A stretch of DNA of 56,484 nt from Euryarchaeota archaeon UBA106. GTDB lineage: Archaea; Thermoplasmatota; Poseidoniia; Poseidoniales; Thalassarchaeaceae. Position numbers and translations under genes: made by a program. The notes below the pieces were generated by a model that saw only the letters and a program-made list of their open reading frames with translations, did no database searches and was not told the origin of the DNA. The stretch covers positions 562 to 57,045 of the forward strand of contig DAOJ01000081.1 in assembly GCA_002502365.1 (NCBI GenBank). Direction: 5' to 3'. How positions within the stretch are numbered: the first letter of the stretch is position 1; every line of letters begins with the position of its first letter. Shown one piece after another: positions 28,222 through 38,119 of the stretch.

Positions 28222-29337
28222 TCAAGATTTCAGGTCATCCAGTTCATCTTGTAGGTGTTTGGCTAACCAATGGTGAAGAGCTTCACTTCCCATCTCAACA
28301 AGGGTTGTGTTTAGGAAAGCCGCGATAAGCGCATCTTTAGCTTCCTCAGTGTCGAATCCTCTCGATTCGAGATAAAACATTTGGTCTTCATCTACAGGTC
28401 CATTAGCGGTGCCATGGCCACATCCTACCACATCGTGTTCGCTAACTTCTAATTCAGGAATCGAATCTGCTTTCGCCTTATCAGACAATAATAGGTTGTG
28501 GAATAGTTGACCTGCATCTGCCCCTCTTGCTCCTTTGGATACCCTGAGCATACCAGTGCCTACAGTTCGAGAATTACCTCCACAGGCCGAATGCCAGTTT
28601 AACCTACTGAATGTTTCAGGCGCTTCATGATGTATCTCAATGTGATGATCAAGGTGCATATCATGTGCCGAAAGGACCGATCCAAGTACATTCAGATGTC
28701 CACCAGTATCTGCCATTTTATATCTTAAATCCGACTTTGTATTGTCACTTCCTGAACTCACTGTTCCTGTCTTCACTTGTGCATCTCTACCAATCGATAT
28801 ACTATCGACTCGTAATAGGGTTCCACTGTCAGTATGACCAATTACGACATCATTGAGAATACTTCCATTTCCAACTGTGCCAGTTCGAAGAAATCCTGTC
28901 CATGGTGCTGAGCCGCTAATCTGAGTAATTAATTCGAATTCACAGTTTCTTCCAATGTCTAGAGTGAGGTGAAGCGCACAATCAGAGTCACCTGTGTCAA
29001 TGTCTAGAATAATTGGTGAACTTGCAATGAAATTATTCTCAACTCTTAGAGTAAATACCGAATCTCGAGCTGCGGCTTTGATGAAAGAAGCAGTAACCTT
29101 ATCAGATTCTGTTAGGATTTCTCCATCAACGCCTCCCTCTTCAATTGATATTCCTACCAGGGCTATGTTTTCATCCAAACAAGTCAGGCCAAATTTAGGT
29201 GCTGATGCATCCGGAATTTCATTTAAATCACCACTTGGATGTACTCTTCTCCAAGGCGTATATTTCCAAAGATGGTCAGCCCTATCAGGCTCATCGAGTG
29301 ATTTATACAGGCTCGCGGAATCCATAATTTCACCCAT
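28222..29337 (-). CDS. sufD: Fe-S cluster assembly protein SufD
   Basis: 371 aa directly abutting sufB. The beta-helix-type C-terminal half, with DEDQMFYLESRGFDTEEAKDALIAAF, parallels the SufB tail. Confidence 0.85.
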   Translation of the reverse strand: MGEIMDSASLYKSLDEPDRADHLWKYTPWRRVHPSGDLNEIPDASAPKFGLTCLDENIALVGISIEEGGVDGEILTESDKVTASFIKAAARDSVFTLRVENNFIASSPIILDIDTGDSDCALHLTLDIGRNCEFELITQISGSAPWTGFLRTGTVGNGSILNDVVIGHTDSGTLLRVDSISIGRDAQVKTGTVSSGSDNTKSDLRYKMADTGGHLNVLGSVLSAHDMHLDHHIEIHHEAPETFSRLNWHSACGGNSRTVGTGMLRVSKGARGADAGQLFHNLLLSDKAKADSIPELEVSEHDVVGCGHGTANGPVDEDQMFYLESRGFDTEEAKDALIAAFLNTTLVEMGSEALHHWLAKHLQDELDDLKS

Positions 29338-30771
29338 TCAACCGATGCTTCCTTCCATTTCAAGGGCCATCAATTTGTTGAGTTCAACTGCATATTCCAT
29401 AGGTAATTCACGAGTAAATGGTTCAAAGAACCCGTTTACAATCATCGCGAGAGCTTCCTCCTCTGAATGCCCCCGACTCATGAGATAGAATACTTGGTCG
29501 TCGCTGACTTTTGAGACACTGGCTTCGTGCTCACAACGAGCTGTTGGATTAGCAACTTCCATCGTTGGGTAGGTGTCTGAGCGGGAACCATCGTCAAGGA
29601 TTAATGCGTCACAGACAACGTTCAATTTGCAGTTTTCTGCCTTCGGCGAAACTGTAACCATACCTCGATAGGAGCCTCTACCTCCATCCTTTGAAATCGA
29701 CTTGGAGAGAATCTTTGAGGTTGTATTACTTGCAAGGTGGTGAATCTTTGCTCCAGCATCTTGATGCTGACCCTTTCCTGAATAAGCCACCGAAATTACC
29801 TCTGCGTGACTTCCTTCTCCCTTCAAAATTACAGCAGGATACTTCATGGTCAATTTACTACCGATGTTCCCATCGACCCATTCGATCTTTGCATTTTCGT
29901 GAGCAATTCCCCTCTTTGTTACTAGATTGTAGACGTTTGTGCTCCAATTTTGAACTGTGCTATATCGAATATGAGCGCCTGGTAATGCAATTAATTCAAC
30001 AACCGCAGAATGCAACGAATCCGTTGAATATGTTGGAGCAGTACAACCTTCAACATAATGGATACTGCTACCTTCATCAGCGATAATTAATGTTCTTTCA
30101 AACTGACCCATATTTTTGGCGTTGATTCTAAAGTATGCTTGAACCGGCATTTCTACGTGAACACCTTTCGGAACGTAAATGAATGAGCCGCCAGACCAAA
30201 CCGCGGTGTTTAGAGCACTGAACTTATTGTCTTGATATGGAACAACAGAACAAAACCACTTTTTTACAAGTTCAGGATATTCTCTCAAACCCGAGTCCAT
30301 ATCGAGAAAAATTACCCCTTGTTGCTCCAAGTCTTCTCTTATTGAGTGATAAACTGCCTCGGATTCATACTGTGCGGTAACTCCCGATAACCACTTCTGT
30401 TCCGCATCTGGAATACCCAATTTATCGAAGGTATTTCGAATATCTTCCGGGACATCATCCCAGTCTTTTTCGGTTGCATCGGATGATCGAAGATAGTAGC
30501 AAACTGCGTCAAAATCAATTTCTTTCAGCATCGACATGTTACCCCAAGTGGGCATTGGTTTTCTTTCGAAATTATGAAAAGCTTTGACCCGTAATTCTGT
30601 CATCCAATCGGGCTCATTTTTCAGTGCGGAAATATCTCTGACAACTTGCTCTGATAATCCTGAGTCAAAGCGTATAGTAGCATTTTCAGGATCATGCCAA
30701 CCTGCACTATATTCTCCTACTGCTTCCCTTGCTTCCGTTGCTGCCATAATTATCTCTCCATTGCTATTCAA
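29338..30771 (-). CDS. sufB: Fe-S cluster assembly protein SufB
   Basis: 477 aa with [47 protein letters not shown] and [10 protein letters not shown]. Confidence 0.95.
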   Translation of the reverse strand: MNSNGEIIMAATEAREAVGEYSAGWHDPENATIRFDSGLSEQVVRDISALKNEPDWMTELRVKAFHNFERKPMPTWGNMSMLKEIDFDAVCYYLRSSDATEKDWDDVPEDIRNTFDKLGIPDAEQKWLSGVTAQYESEAVYHSIREDLEQQGVIFLDMDSGLREYPELVKKWFCSVVPYQDNKFSALNTAVWSGGSFIYVPKGVHVEMPVQAYFRINAKNMGQFERTLIIADEGSSIHYVEGCTAPTYSTDSLHSAVVELIALPGAHIRYSTVQNWSTNVYNLVTKRGIAHENAKIEWVDGNIGSKLTMKYPAVILKGEGSHAEVISVAYSGKGQHQDAGAKIHHLASNTTSKILSKSISKDGGRGSYRGMVTVSPKAENCKLNVVCDALILDDGSRSDTYPTMEVANPTARCEHEASVSKVSDDQVFYLMSRGHSEEEALAMIVNGFFEPFTRELPMEYAVELNKLMALEMEGSIG

Positions 30772-31538
30772 GCAGATTGCTCCGGGTCATTTTCGAGCCA
30801 ATCATAGCCTCTTTCTTCTAACTCGAGGGCTAATTCTGGACCCCCTGACTTGACGATTTTACCTTTGATTAGCACGTGTACCTTGTCCGGTTGGATGTGT
30901 TCTAGGATTCTAGAATAATGAGTGATAATCAGCGCCCCTGAATCTGAATTTCTAACAGCGGCATTAATTCCCTTTGCGACGGTTCTAATTCCATCAATAT
31001 CCAAACCAGAATCTGTCTCATCTAAGATTGCCAACTTCGGTTGAAGTAGCATTAGTTGTAGGATCTCAAAGCGTTTTTTCTCGCCGCCGCTGAATCCATC
31101 ATTGACGTATCGACCTAGGAAAGAACGATCAATATCTAGTTCAGTCATGGCGTCCTTCAGCGTCTTGCGGAATTCGGCACCTTTCGCTGCATCTTCACCT
31201 CTGATTGCTGCAACTGACTTTCTAAGGAAGTTGCCGACTTGCAGGCCAGGAACTGCCTGTGGATATTGGAACGAAAGGAAAACTCCCTCTCTGGCTCTCT
31301 CCCATGGCTCCATTTCCAACAGGTCCTCTCCATCTAGCTCTACTGACCCATCTGTGACATCGAAGTCTGGATGGCCCATGATAATGTTCGCAGTGGTTGT
31401 TTTACCACTTCCATTCCGGCCCATTATGGCGTGGATTTCACCAGCGGGTATCTCGAGATTTATTCCGCGAAGAATTGGTGTATCGTCGATTCCAGCATGT
31501 AAGTTACTGATTTCGAGGACCGGTTTGTCGGATGCCAT
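30768..31538 (-). CDS. sufC: Fe-S cluster assembly ATPase SufC
   Basis: GRNGSGKTT Walker [33 protein letters not shown]. 4-nt overlap with sufB. Confidence 0.95.
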   Translation of the reverse strand: MASDKPVLEISNLHAGIDDTPILRGINLEIPAGEIHAIMGRNGSGKTTTANIIMGHPDFDVTDGSVELDGEDLLEMEPWERAREGVFLSFQYPQAVPGLQVGNFLRKSVAAIRGEDAAKGAEFRKTLKDAMTELDIDRSFLGRYVNDGFSGGEKKRFEILQLMLLQPKLAILDETDSGLDIDGIRTVAKGINAAVRNSDSGALIITHYSRILEHIQPDKVHVLIKGKIVKSGGPELALELEERGYDWLENDPEQSA

Positions 31539-31580
31539 AGTTTCGCCTCAATATTTGGCATGAACCGCCCCTTTTGAATG

Positions 31581-31599
31581 CGACCGTCATAGACGGTCG
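31581..31599. promoter_or_regulatory. 19-bp perfect interrupted palindrome in the divergent sufC / nifU-dtxR intergenic region (candidate operator)
   Basis: CGACCGTC-ata-GACGGTCG has 8-bp arms. It lies 43 nt from the sufC ATG and 57 nt from the GTG of the NifU-like gene. Confidence 0.35.
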
Positions 31600-31655
31600 T
31601 TGCATCAAAGCAAAATAAGGTCAATCAGAAGTAGGAGTGACACACCCCGCGGGAT

Positions 31656-32135
31656 GTGGAAGAGGGAGACGAACTAGCCGAGATATACCGTCTCCAAGTT
31701 GAGGCGATTATGGCTAAAGAGGCTGAAAAGAGAGTATTGGAAGCCCACGACCCCCAAGAATTAGACAGACTTCGTTCTCTTTCACTAATTGATTTGGTTA
31801 GTGACAATCATCCTGATCTAATTCCTGCCCTAATGGCCAGATTGGGGCCAGTAAGGGCTGCTCTTGATGGACACGGAGGAGGGCTGTTGATTGCACAATC
31901 GGATGTTGAAAAGATGCATTCAGGTAAATCTGCACTTTCTCTCGTTATTGATTTAGATGGGGCATGTGTTTCATGTGGCGCTGCTCCGGGTACTTTGAAG
32001 GGGATTCAGGATGACTTGCTGATGGATGATGAAGTGGTGTCTGTGCGATTTGATGCGCAAATGTTGCAGTGGTTCGATGAATTACAAAGAGAGTTTGTTT
32101 TGAAACATGGTGGGGTAACTTTTGTCGAGGTTTGA
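31656..32135 (+). CDS. NifU/Nfu-like Fe-S scaffold domain protein
   Basis: GTG start. VRAALDGHGGGLLIAQSD...LVIDLDGACVSCGAAPGTLKGIQDDL is the Nfu C-terminal domain with a CxxC. Confidence 0.7.
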   Translation: MEEGDELAEIYRLQVEAIMAKEAEKRVLEAHDPQELDRLRSLSLIDLVSDNHPDLIPALMARLGPVRAALDGHGGGLLIAQSDVEKMHSGKSALSLVIDLDGACVSCGAAPGTLKGIQDDLLMDDEVVSVRFDAQMLQWFDELQREFVLKHGGVTFVEV

Positions 32136-32137
32136 AT

Positions 32138-32602
32138 ATGGACGGTGAAAGGCTCGATGCACTCCGTTCCGCACATGAGGCAGATGGAGTTAGAAGGTCG
32201 AAACGTCATTCTGTTAGAGTTGAAGACTATCTAGAAGTAATTCATGAATTGGAGTTGGTAGAAGGTCGAGCAAAACCTGCTAGAATAGCTGATTTATTGG
32301 CAGTCGCTAGGCCTTCAGTCACAAAAATGTTGCAAAGGCTGTACGAAGAAGGCCTAGTTGAATACGAGAGATATCAAGGAGCAAATCTAACTGAGACTGG
32401 CAGAAATGCGGCAGAAAATCTCAGAGATAGGCATAGTTTACTTGTCAGATTTTTACGTATTCTCGGTGTAGATGAAGAAACAGCCCATGTTGATACTGAA
32501 GGAATCGAGCATCATTTTGACGAGAGCACTCTTAAGGCGTTGAGAATCCTAGTCGAAAAGGCAGAGTCAGATCCTATTTGGTGGGATTCTAGGAATCAAT
32601 AA
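32138..32602 (+). CDS. DtxR/MntR-family metal-dependent transcriptional repressor
   Basis: The track ORF starts at a TTG at 32132; the ATG is at 32138. EDYLEVIHEL...ARIADLLAVARPSVTKMLQRLYEEGLVEYERYQGANLTETG...RHSLLVRFL. 4-10 nt coupling to the NifU-like gene. Confidence 0.85.
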   Translation: MDGERLDALRSAHEADGVRRSKRHSVRVEDYLEVIHELELVEGRAKPARIADLLAVARPSVTKMLQRLYEEGLVEYERYQGANLTETGRNAAENLRDRHSLLVRFLRILGVDEETAHVDTEGIEHHFDESTLKALRILVEKAESDPIWWDSRNQ

Positions 32603-32605
32603 TGC

Positions 32606-33238
32606 CTAAAGTGATTCCAATTTTTTTATTGCAGAAGGGGCAAAGCCCAACACAGTAACCTCTTCTCCGTCTAGAAGTCTGGTATCCTCTGATACAGCCC
32701 CTGCCAAATCATATGCTCCAGCTTTTCCTTTCCAAGATTCACTACTAACTAATTGCAATAATCTATCTTCGCTTAACTCATCAAATTCCACAACTGCAGA
32801 TTCCGTCCAAAAATCCGCTGTCCAACCTCCGTGCAACTGATGTTCTCCAAAGTCACTGGAGGGGTAAATCAGTGCCGTTGAAGACCATACTCTGTGTCTA
32901 TTTCCTGAGAGTCTTAGTAGCATAGCCATAGCATGCTGTCCATCGTCAGGTTTTCCCATTGGCATTAAGGGATCATCTGGGTCCGAGACGATTGTATCAG
33001 AGACCATTACAAATTCTGCTTGTTCATGCCCTGCTTGTTGGCTGACAAAGCCTTCTCTTGCTGCCGCTTGTGCTTTCTTCAAACAAGAAAATTCGACTTG
33101 TTCCTTTACTGGTGCTCCCCATTTTGGTTTAGGTTCTTCGAAAAGTAATGCCGCAGAGGTGATTTCGAAGTTGTCAAATTTTTGTTTTATCCAAGTTAGT
33201 CGTCTTTGGGAAGCAGATGCTAGATGTAATCTACGCAT
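32606..33238 (-). CDS. maf: Maf-like nucleoside triphosphate pyrophosphatase
   Basis: LASASQRR near the N-terminus and GKAGAYDLAG near the C-terminus. Confidence 0.8.
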   Translation of the reverse strand: MRRLHLASASQRRLTWIKQKFDNFEITSAALLFEEPKPKWGAPVKEQVEFSCLKKAQAAAREGFVSQQAGHEQAEFVMVSDTIVSDPDDPLMPMGKPDDGQHAMAMLLRLSGNRHRVWSSTALIYPSSDFGEHQLHGGWTADFWTESAVVEFDELSEDRLLQLVSSESWKGKAGAYDLAGAVSEDTRLLDGEEVTVLGFAPSAIKKLESL

Positions 33239-33247
33239 TCTTCGACC

Positions 33248-36200
33248 TCACAGATCGATACGCACTGCACAAATTGGACAACGAGTCATTTTTAGCTCAA
33301 ATGCTACGTCAAATCGACTTCCGCATTCAGGACAAATAACAGGCTTATTCATCGGAGGAAGTTCTGGTAATGCTGGTGCTTCACCTATTGGGGGCAAAGG
33401 TTCAGCAATCCTCCCTTGGTTCGTGGTTGGTTGAATCATACCTGGTATGGGTGGAGGGATTTCATTCATCTCAGCATTTATCGCCCGCATTTGTCGTCTT
33501 TCTCGACGCGGCGAGGTCTTTTCTGCGTCCACCTCTACAACTTCAACAATAGAGGATGTATCAATCGTTTTTACGGTCAAATCATCATCATCAATGACAT
33601 CAACAACATCATCTTCCAGCATTACAATGCCTTCTGCTTGTTTGCGTCTTCGACCTCCCATCCAACGGATTGCACGACCTGACATAACCCCAAGAACAAT
33701 GGTACAGAGTAGTAAAACAGCGATTGCAACTCCGCCAACTAATATGTTGAAACTACTTTCATCCAATCCTAGTTGGAATCGTAGTTCTTCTAGGACATCA
33801 ACAGGTCCGGAATTTGGTTTACTATCGTCTATAACTGCACGTATAACCCAACCCTGTGTTGAAGTATGAACAATAACTAATTCTCCACTAATTGGTGAAC
33901 GACTTCCGGAATGTAGCCATCCATCTGATATTCGATTTGAAATTGCTATCGATAAATCCTCGGTGTAGATCATTCCGTAGTGGATTTGTGGGCCACTATG
34001 GCCTACCATGTCGTGTAGTACCTGGACACCTCGTTCGGTTTCTATGAAGACAACCTGAGAAATCCCAGTTGCTGCAATATCAATTGAACTATTTTCAATT
34101 ATTCTAAACGAATCATCTACAATTTTAGTAATTAGTCTACTTTCTATGCCACTGCCTTCCTTCCAAGCAACTACAAGCCTATCCTCTCCATCAATTGTTT
34201 CAACTTTCATCTGTGATAATGATGCATAGTCTCCCACAGCTTTTTTGTAGGTCCAGGATGATTGTTCTATGTCTCCGTGAGCATACCATAATCCTAGTCT
34301 TTCTTTACCTGTGGTGTCATTGCGCATTGATTGGTATAGAATATGCCCATCATCTTCTCCGTATTCAATTTGTACTGGATCAGTATATCCTGCAACTACA
34401 TCAATATCAGATATGACATTTGGAGTTAGTCTCCAACTCTTTGAGGAGGTGGGGGGATCTGCTTCTAGAACAAAGATGCTAGTCAAGTCTTGTAATGTTC
34501 CGCCGGTCCAAAGGTCACGGTGATAGCCCGCTACGAGTAATTTGGTTCCATCAACATCAATGTCTAAACCCCAATATTTGCCATCAGATAACACAATTGG
34601 CTCCATAAGGTCTTGAATTGGCATCATCTCACAAGAAGAATCAATTGTTGAATAGGAAACAGTCTGCTTCAGGTAACCATTAGTGTCGAGGAATCTACGC
34701 GTCCAAACGATGTGCGCGAAGCCATCTGAAGTAGTAGCTGCTGCAAAATCACCCGACCATTTTTCTTCCAACATATTCGAGCATGCAGTCATGCCTTTGT
34801 TTGAATTCAATCTGTAAAGTCCTAGTCCGCCATCTTTGGATGTTACTACTAGCCCCTCATCATTCAAATCGATCACTTCAACGGGGGTTTCTCCTGTCTG
34901 GAAATTTAATGCCCTACCACCTGAGGAAGTGCTTTTTTCTACAACAACGGTCCATTCTGCCTGATTGTTAGACCAATCTATGTCCGAAAGTACTGGGCCA
35001 CTAAGGCTAACCCTAAATTTGAATGCACCACCTTCTTCATAGGTTTGTGCGAAGGATACAGTTTTTGCTTCAGCTCCTTCTACGGAAGGAATTGTAGTCG
35101 AGGAAGTTAACTCCCATCCCCTGTCCGTGTACAGGTGAAGTTGTGCTTCAATTTCCTCCGCACTGAATGAACCTAAATTTGTAATTCGAGCATTAATTTG
35201 GAATTGTTCACCGGGTCTTGGAATTGTTGGAGTTGTTGTGAATGCTCCGTTGGGGAAAGACAAGTCAACCCCTTCGGGTCTCTGAATAACATCAAATTCT
35301 ATACTCTGATCGTTATTCGTTTCATCGATTTCAAAAATCGCATCTCCGGGGTCCAGAGCAACGGTTAGTTGGCGTTTCCCAACTACAAGTGGATTCCAAT
35401 AATGAGTCAACTGAACGATATCTCCGGAGTCTATAGAAGGAATAGTTAGTTCGTGTTTTCTAGTTCCTTCCTCAAGGAGATAAACCACAACATTGGTGGC
35501 GGATTGGTCGCCATCATTTCTGATTTCCGTGCTAACTTCAACAAAGGAATTAACGAAGGTTTCAGACATAGGAATACCCCATTCAGAAACAGTTAGTCCG
35601 CTTCTGAACATCAAGTCGGGAGCCGGGGGTTGATTGTCGATTTCTAATGTCACTCTGACTTCTTCTGAACGTACTCCAGTTCCGCTAACAAAGCGCAATG
35701 AAATACGTTGAGAGCCATCTGGATGTTCAGTCGAGTCCCAATTAAAACTGAACATATCGGTAGTTCCTCCTGAACCAAAATAGGTTCGGGCATCTACCCA
35801 ATCTTCTTTTCCAATTCTCCATTGGATAGTACCTCCATTCACGGTTTCATATTCTCCTTCGAATTGCACATCACCTACTACTGAATTTTGTCCACTTGGA
35901 CTGTCTAAAGTAAGTGTGACTCTGCCAATTTCATGGGTTCTTTTTTGTATGTCACTCCATTGATCCCATTCGTTACGTGCCTGTACTGAGATTTTGATTT
36001 CCAAGGCATCAATCTCATCCTCTTCGAAATCCGGAATAGTGAATTCTGTAGTCCAATTTACAGTTCCTTGAGCCGTGTGCCAATCTACAAGTATCTCTTC
36101 TTGAGTTGGTGAACCTTCTGGTTTGTAAGTATAAGCAATCTTGACCTGAATCTCCTCGATGGTACCATTTGTTTCGGCTTCATCATCAACATGCCCTCTC

Positions 36201-38050
36201 ACTGAGTAGGTCTCCCCTTCAACCAGCCAAGAATCTTCAAGGGGCCGTTCAAAAACTAACCAATCGCCTTCGCCAGGCGGAGGGGGCTCTGTTGTATTTC
36301 CACCTGGGTCTCCGCCTCCACCATCTCCAAGTAATGCCGAAATAATTCTATTTCCATCAATTATTCCAAACCCATACTTGTCATTCCAAGTGTCCGAAAT
36401 AGCCGGTTCTGAGGCCTCGCCCCTTGGCTCGGAATTTTCTCTTAGTATTTCCTTAACATCCTGAGGGTCAAGATCAAGTCCTTCTTCCTGACTTATCTGT
36501 AATATTACCGCGACCAAGCCAGCAACCGCGGGACAAGCCATACTTGTCCCACTCAATTCGTGATAGCTATCCTTGGCCAAGGGCTTTGGCGTTCCTGGAA
36601 TTTGACTTGAGGATTCTGCGTGTCTTGCAGACATCATGTCAGAACCCGGTGCTACTACATCAGGTTTCAATTCCTCATCTTCATCGCTATCTCCGTCACT
36701 TTGTCTTGGCCCAGAATTGGAATAAGAAGCAATGGAATCATCCCCTCTGTCTATGGTGTCCTTGTCATCAATCGCTCCGACTGTAATTGCCTGATCTGCG
36801 GCACCAACTGATGTTACTCTTCTTCGCCCATCATTCCCAATGGCAGCAACTGGTACAATTCCAGCCTCTGCTGCTTGATTGACCGCCCTAGCATCAGCAG
36901 CTGATCCGTTATCTCCGGGGTCGTCTCCATTTGGGTCTCCAAGACTTCCAAATGACATGGACATAACTTGTATTCCCTCGCTTGAATCATTGTTCCCCCA
37001 GTCGGTTTCGACGTTCGCGACTACCCAATTTATCCCTTTCAAAGTAGCAGCAGAATTTGTTCCACCTGTATCGGTCATTACTTTGACATCAACTAGATAG
37101 GACCCCGGCGCATATCCCTGATTTATTCGCCTAGAATCACCCGTCCCTAGGGCAATCCCAGCGACATGAGTTCCATGACCATCCCCATCGTCTGGGTCAT
37201 AAGTCCCCTCATTATTGCATTCGTTTTGATTGAGGGATGTAGCATCACAACCAGCAACCCATTTGGGATCTGGCAAATCTTCTGGATCATTCTCATTGTC
37301 GTCATTTTGGTCAGAGAAGTCATCTAGTGAGAAATGCTCATTATCTACTCCTGTATCTAAAATCGCGATAACAACTCCTGAGCCATCGTAACCGAAATCT
37401 CGCATGGTTTCATCATAACGATCTGAATCTCTTACCTTTGAGCCTCTGGTGGCAGTATCAAGAAATGGAACAATTACATTTTGTTCCTCAACCATGACAA
37501 CTCCGTCTAATTGCCAAATCTCGATTAAAGCACTAACTGGCACATGGTCTAGAACTATACTGTCTAGAATATCCATCTCGAAGAACCAAGATCCATCTTC
37601 ATCCCAGCCATGTGACTCTAGAACATCCTTTAATGCAGATTTATCGCTATTGCCGGGATGCCAAGCGTAATCTACGACTATTGCGACTGTGGATTTTCCA
37701 TCTAATCCAATAATTGCTGTGGGGGAGACTGATTGACGTTGGCCTGCGATGATTCTTTGTAATCTATCATCCATTCCGTTTGAGTCCAAATCATACCAAT
37801 AGCCAAACCACCAACCCTCTTCCTCCACCGGGAATCCTGCATCGAAAGGGGGTTCTCGAATTGAACGATCGATTGGTTCACATTCTGCATCTCCACACAT
37901 AAGGGCAGGAGGCCAATTTTCGGGTCTTTCTTGGCTAATTATTTCTTCATTTTGAACGATTGGAGACGCAGATACTCCAACACCCATATCCATGATTAGA
38001 ATCATCACCACTAACACTAGTGGCCTAAGGTCTAGTGGCTTCTCTGCCAT
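33248..38050 (-). CDS. Giant subtilisin-like serine protease (S8) with beta-sandwich/CARDB-like and propeller-like regions, TM anchor, Pro-rich cytoplasmic tail and terminal zinc ribbon
   Basis: Catalytic triad motifs AILDTGVD (D232), GHGTHVAG (H294) and SGTSMACPAVAG (S503). TM ILVGGVAIAVLLLCTIVLGVM. C-terminus ICPECGSRFDVAFELKMTRCPICAVRIDL (CxxC-x14-CxxC). Confidence 0.9.
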   Translation of the reverse strand: MAEKPLDLRPLVLVVMILIMDMGVGVSASPIVQNEEIISQERPENWPPALMCGDAECEPIDRSIREPPFDAGFPVEEEGWWFGYWYDLDSNGMDDRLQRIIAGQRQSVSPTAIIGLDGKSTVAIVVDYAWHPGNSDKSALKDVLESHGWDEDGSWFFEMDILDSIVLDHVPVSALIEIWQLDGVVMVEEQNVIVPFLDTATRGSKVRDSDRYDETMRDFGYDGSGVVIAILDTGVDNEHFSLDDFSDQNDDNENDPEDLPDPKWVAGCDATSLNQNECNNEGTYDPDDGDGHGTHVAGIALGTGDSRRINQGYAPGSYLVDVKVMTDTGGTNSAATLKGINWVVANVETDWGNNDSSEGIQVMSMSFGSLGDPNGDDPGDNGSAADARAVNQAAEAGIVPVAAIGNDGRRRVTSVGAADQAITVGAIDDKDTIDRGDDSIASYSNSGPRQSDGDSDEDEELKPDVVAPGSDMMSARHAESSSQIPGTPKPLAKDSYHELSGTSMACPAVAGLVAVILQISQEEGLDLDPQDVKEILRENSEPRGEASEPAISDTWNDKYGFGIIDGNRIISALLGDGGGGDPGGNTTEPPPPGEGDWLVFERPLEDSWLVEGETYSVRGHVDDEAETNGTIEEIQVKIAYTYKPEGSPTQEEILVDWHTAQGTVNWTTEFTIPDFEEDEIDALEIKISVQARNEWDQWSDIQKRTHEIGRVTLTLDSPSGQNSVVGDVQFEGEYETVNGGTIQWRIGKEDWVDARTYFGSGGTTDMFSFNWDSTEHPDGSQRISLRFVSGTGVRSEEVRVTLEIDNQPPAPDLMFRSGLTVSEWGIPMSETFVNSFVEVSTEIRNDGDQSATNVVVYLLEEGTRKHELTIPSIDSGDIVQLTHYWNPLVVGKRQLTVALDPGDAIFEIDETNNDQSIEFDVIQRPEGVDLSFPNGAFTTTPTIPRPGEQFQINARITNLGSFSAEEIEAQLHLYTDRGWELTSSTTIPSVEGAEAKTVSFAQTYEEGGAFKFRVSLSGPVLSDIDWSNNQAEWTVVVEKSTSSGGRALNFQTGETPVEVIDLNDEGLVVTSKDGGLGLYRLNSNKGMTACSNMLEEKWSGDFAAATTSDGFAHIVWTRRFLDTNGYLKQTVSYSTIDSSCEMMPIQDLMEPIVLSDGKYWGLDIDVDGTKLLVAGYHRDLWTGGTLQDLTSIFVLEADPPTSSKSWRLTPNVISDIDVVAGYTDPVQIEYGEDDGHILYQSMRNDTTGKERLGLWYAHGDIEQSSWTYKKAVGDYASLSQMKVETIDGEDRLVVAWKEGSGIESRLITKIVDDSFRIIENSSIDIAATGISQVVFIETERGVQVLHDMVGHSGPQIHYGMIYTEDLSIAISNRISDGWLHSGSRSPISGELVIVHTSTQGWVIRAVIDDSKPNSGPVDVLEELRFQLGLDESSFNILVGGVAIAVLLLCTIVLGVMSGRAIRWMGGRRRKQAEGIVMLEDDVVDVIDDDDLTVKTIDTSSIVEVVEVDAEKTSPRRERRQMRAINAEMNEIPPPIPGMIQPTTNQGRIAEPLPPIGEAPALPELPPMNKPVICPECGSRFDVAFELKMTRCPICAVRIDL

Positions 38051-38068
38051 GGCTCTACAAGTAGAGCC
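38051..38068 (-). promoter_or_regulatory. Perfect palindrome abutting the S8 protease start codon
   Basis: GGCTCTAC-aa-GTAGAGCC has 8-bp arms immediately 5' of the ATG (38050). A TATA-like TTATAC lies about 37 nt upstream on the minus strand. Confidence 0.3.
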
Positions 38069-38119
38069 AGTAATGTTCGGGGTATAAGGCGAACCCGTAA
38101 CGGTGCCACTTATGCGCCC

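Noticed and set aside
28994-31563. Plus-strand ORFs 28994-29488, 29691-30086, 30584-30853 and 31102-31563.
   Set aside because: All are antisense to sufD, sufB and sufC, which have unambiguous family motifs. One even spans the sufD/sufB junction.
33370-37670. Numerous 60-140-aa plus-strand ORFs inside the S8 protease gene (for example 33447-33869).
   Set aside because: They are Ser/Thr-rich shadow frames of a continuous 1600-codon gene with an intact catalytic triad.
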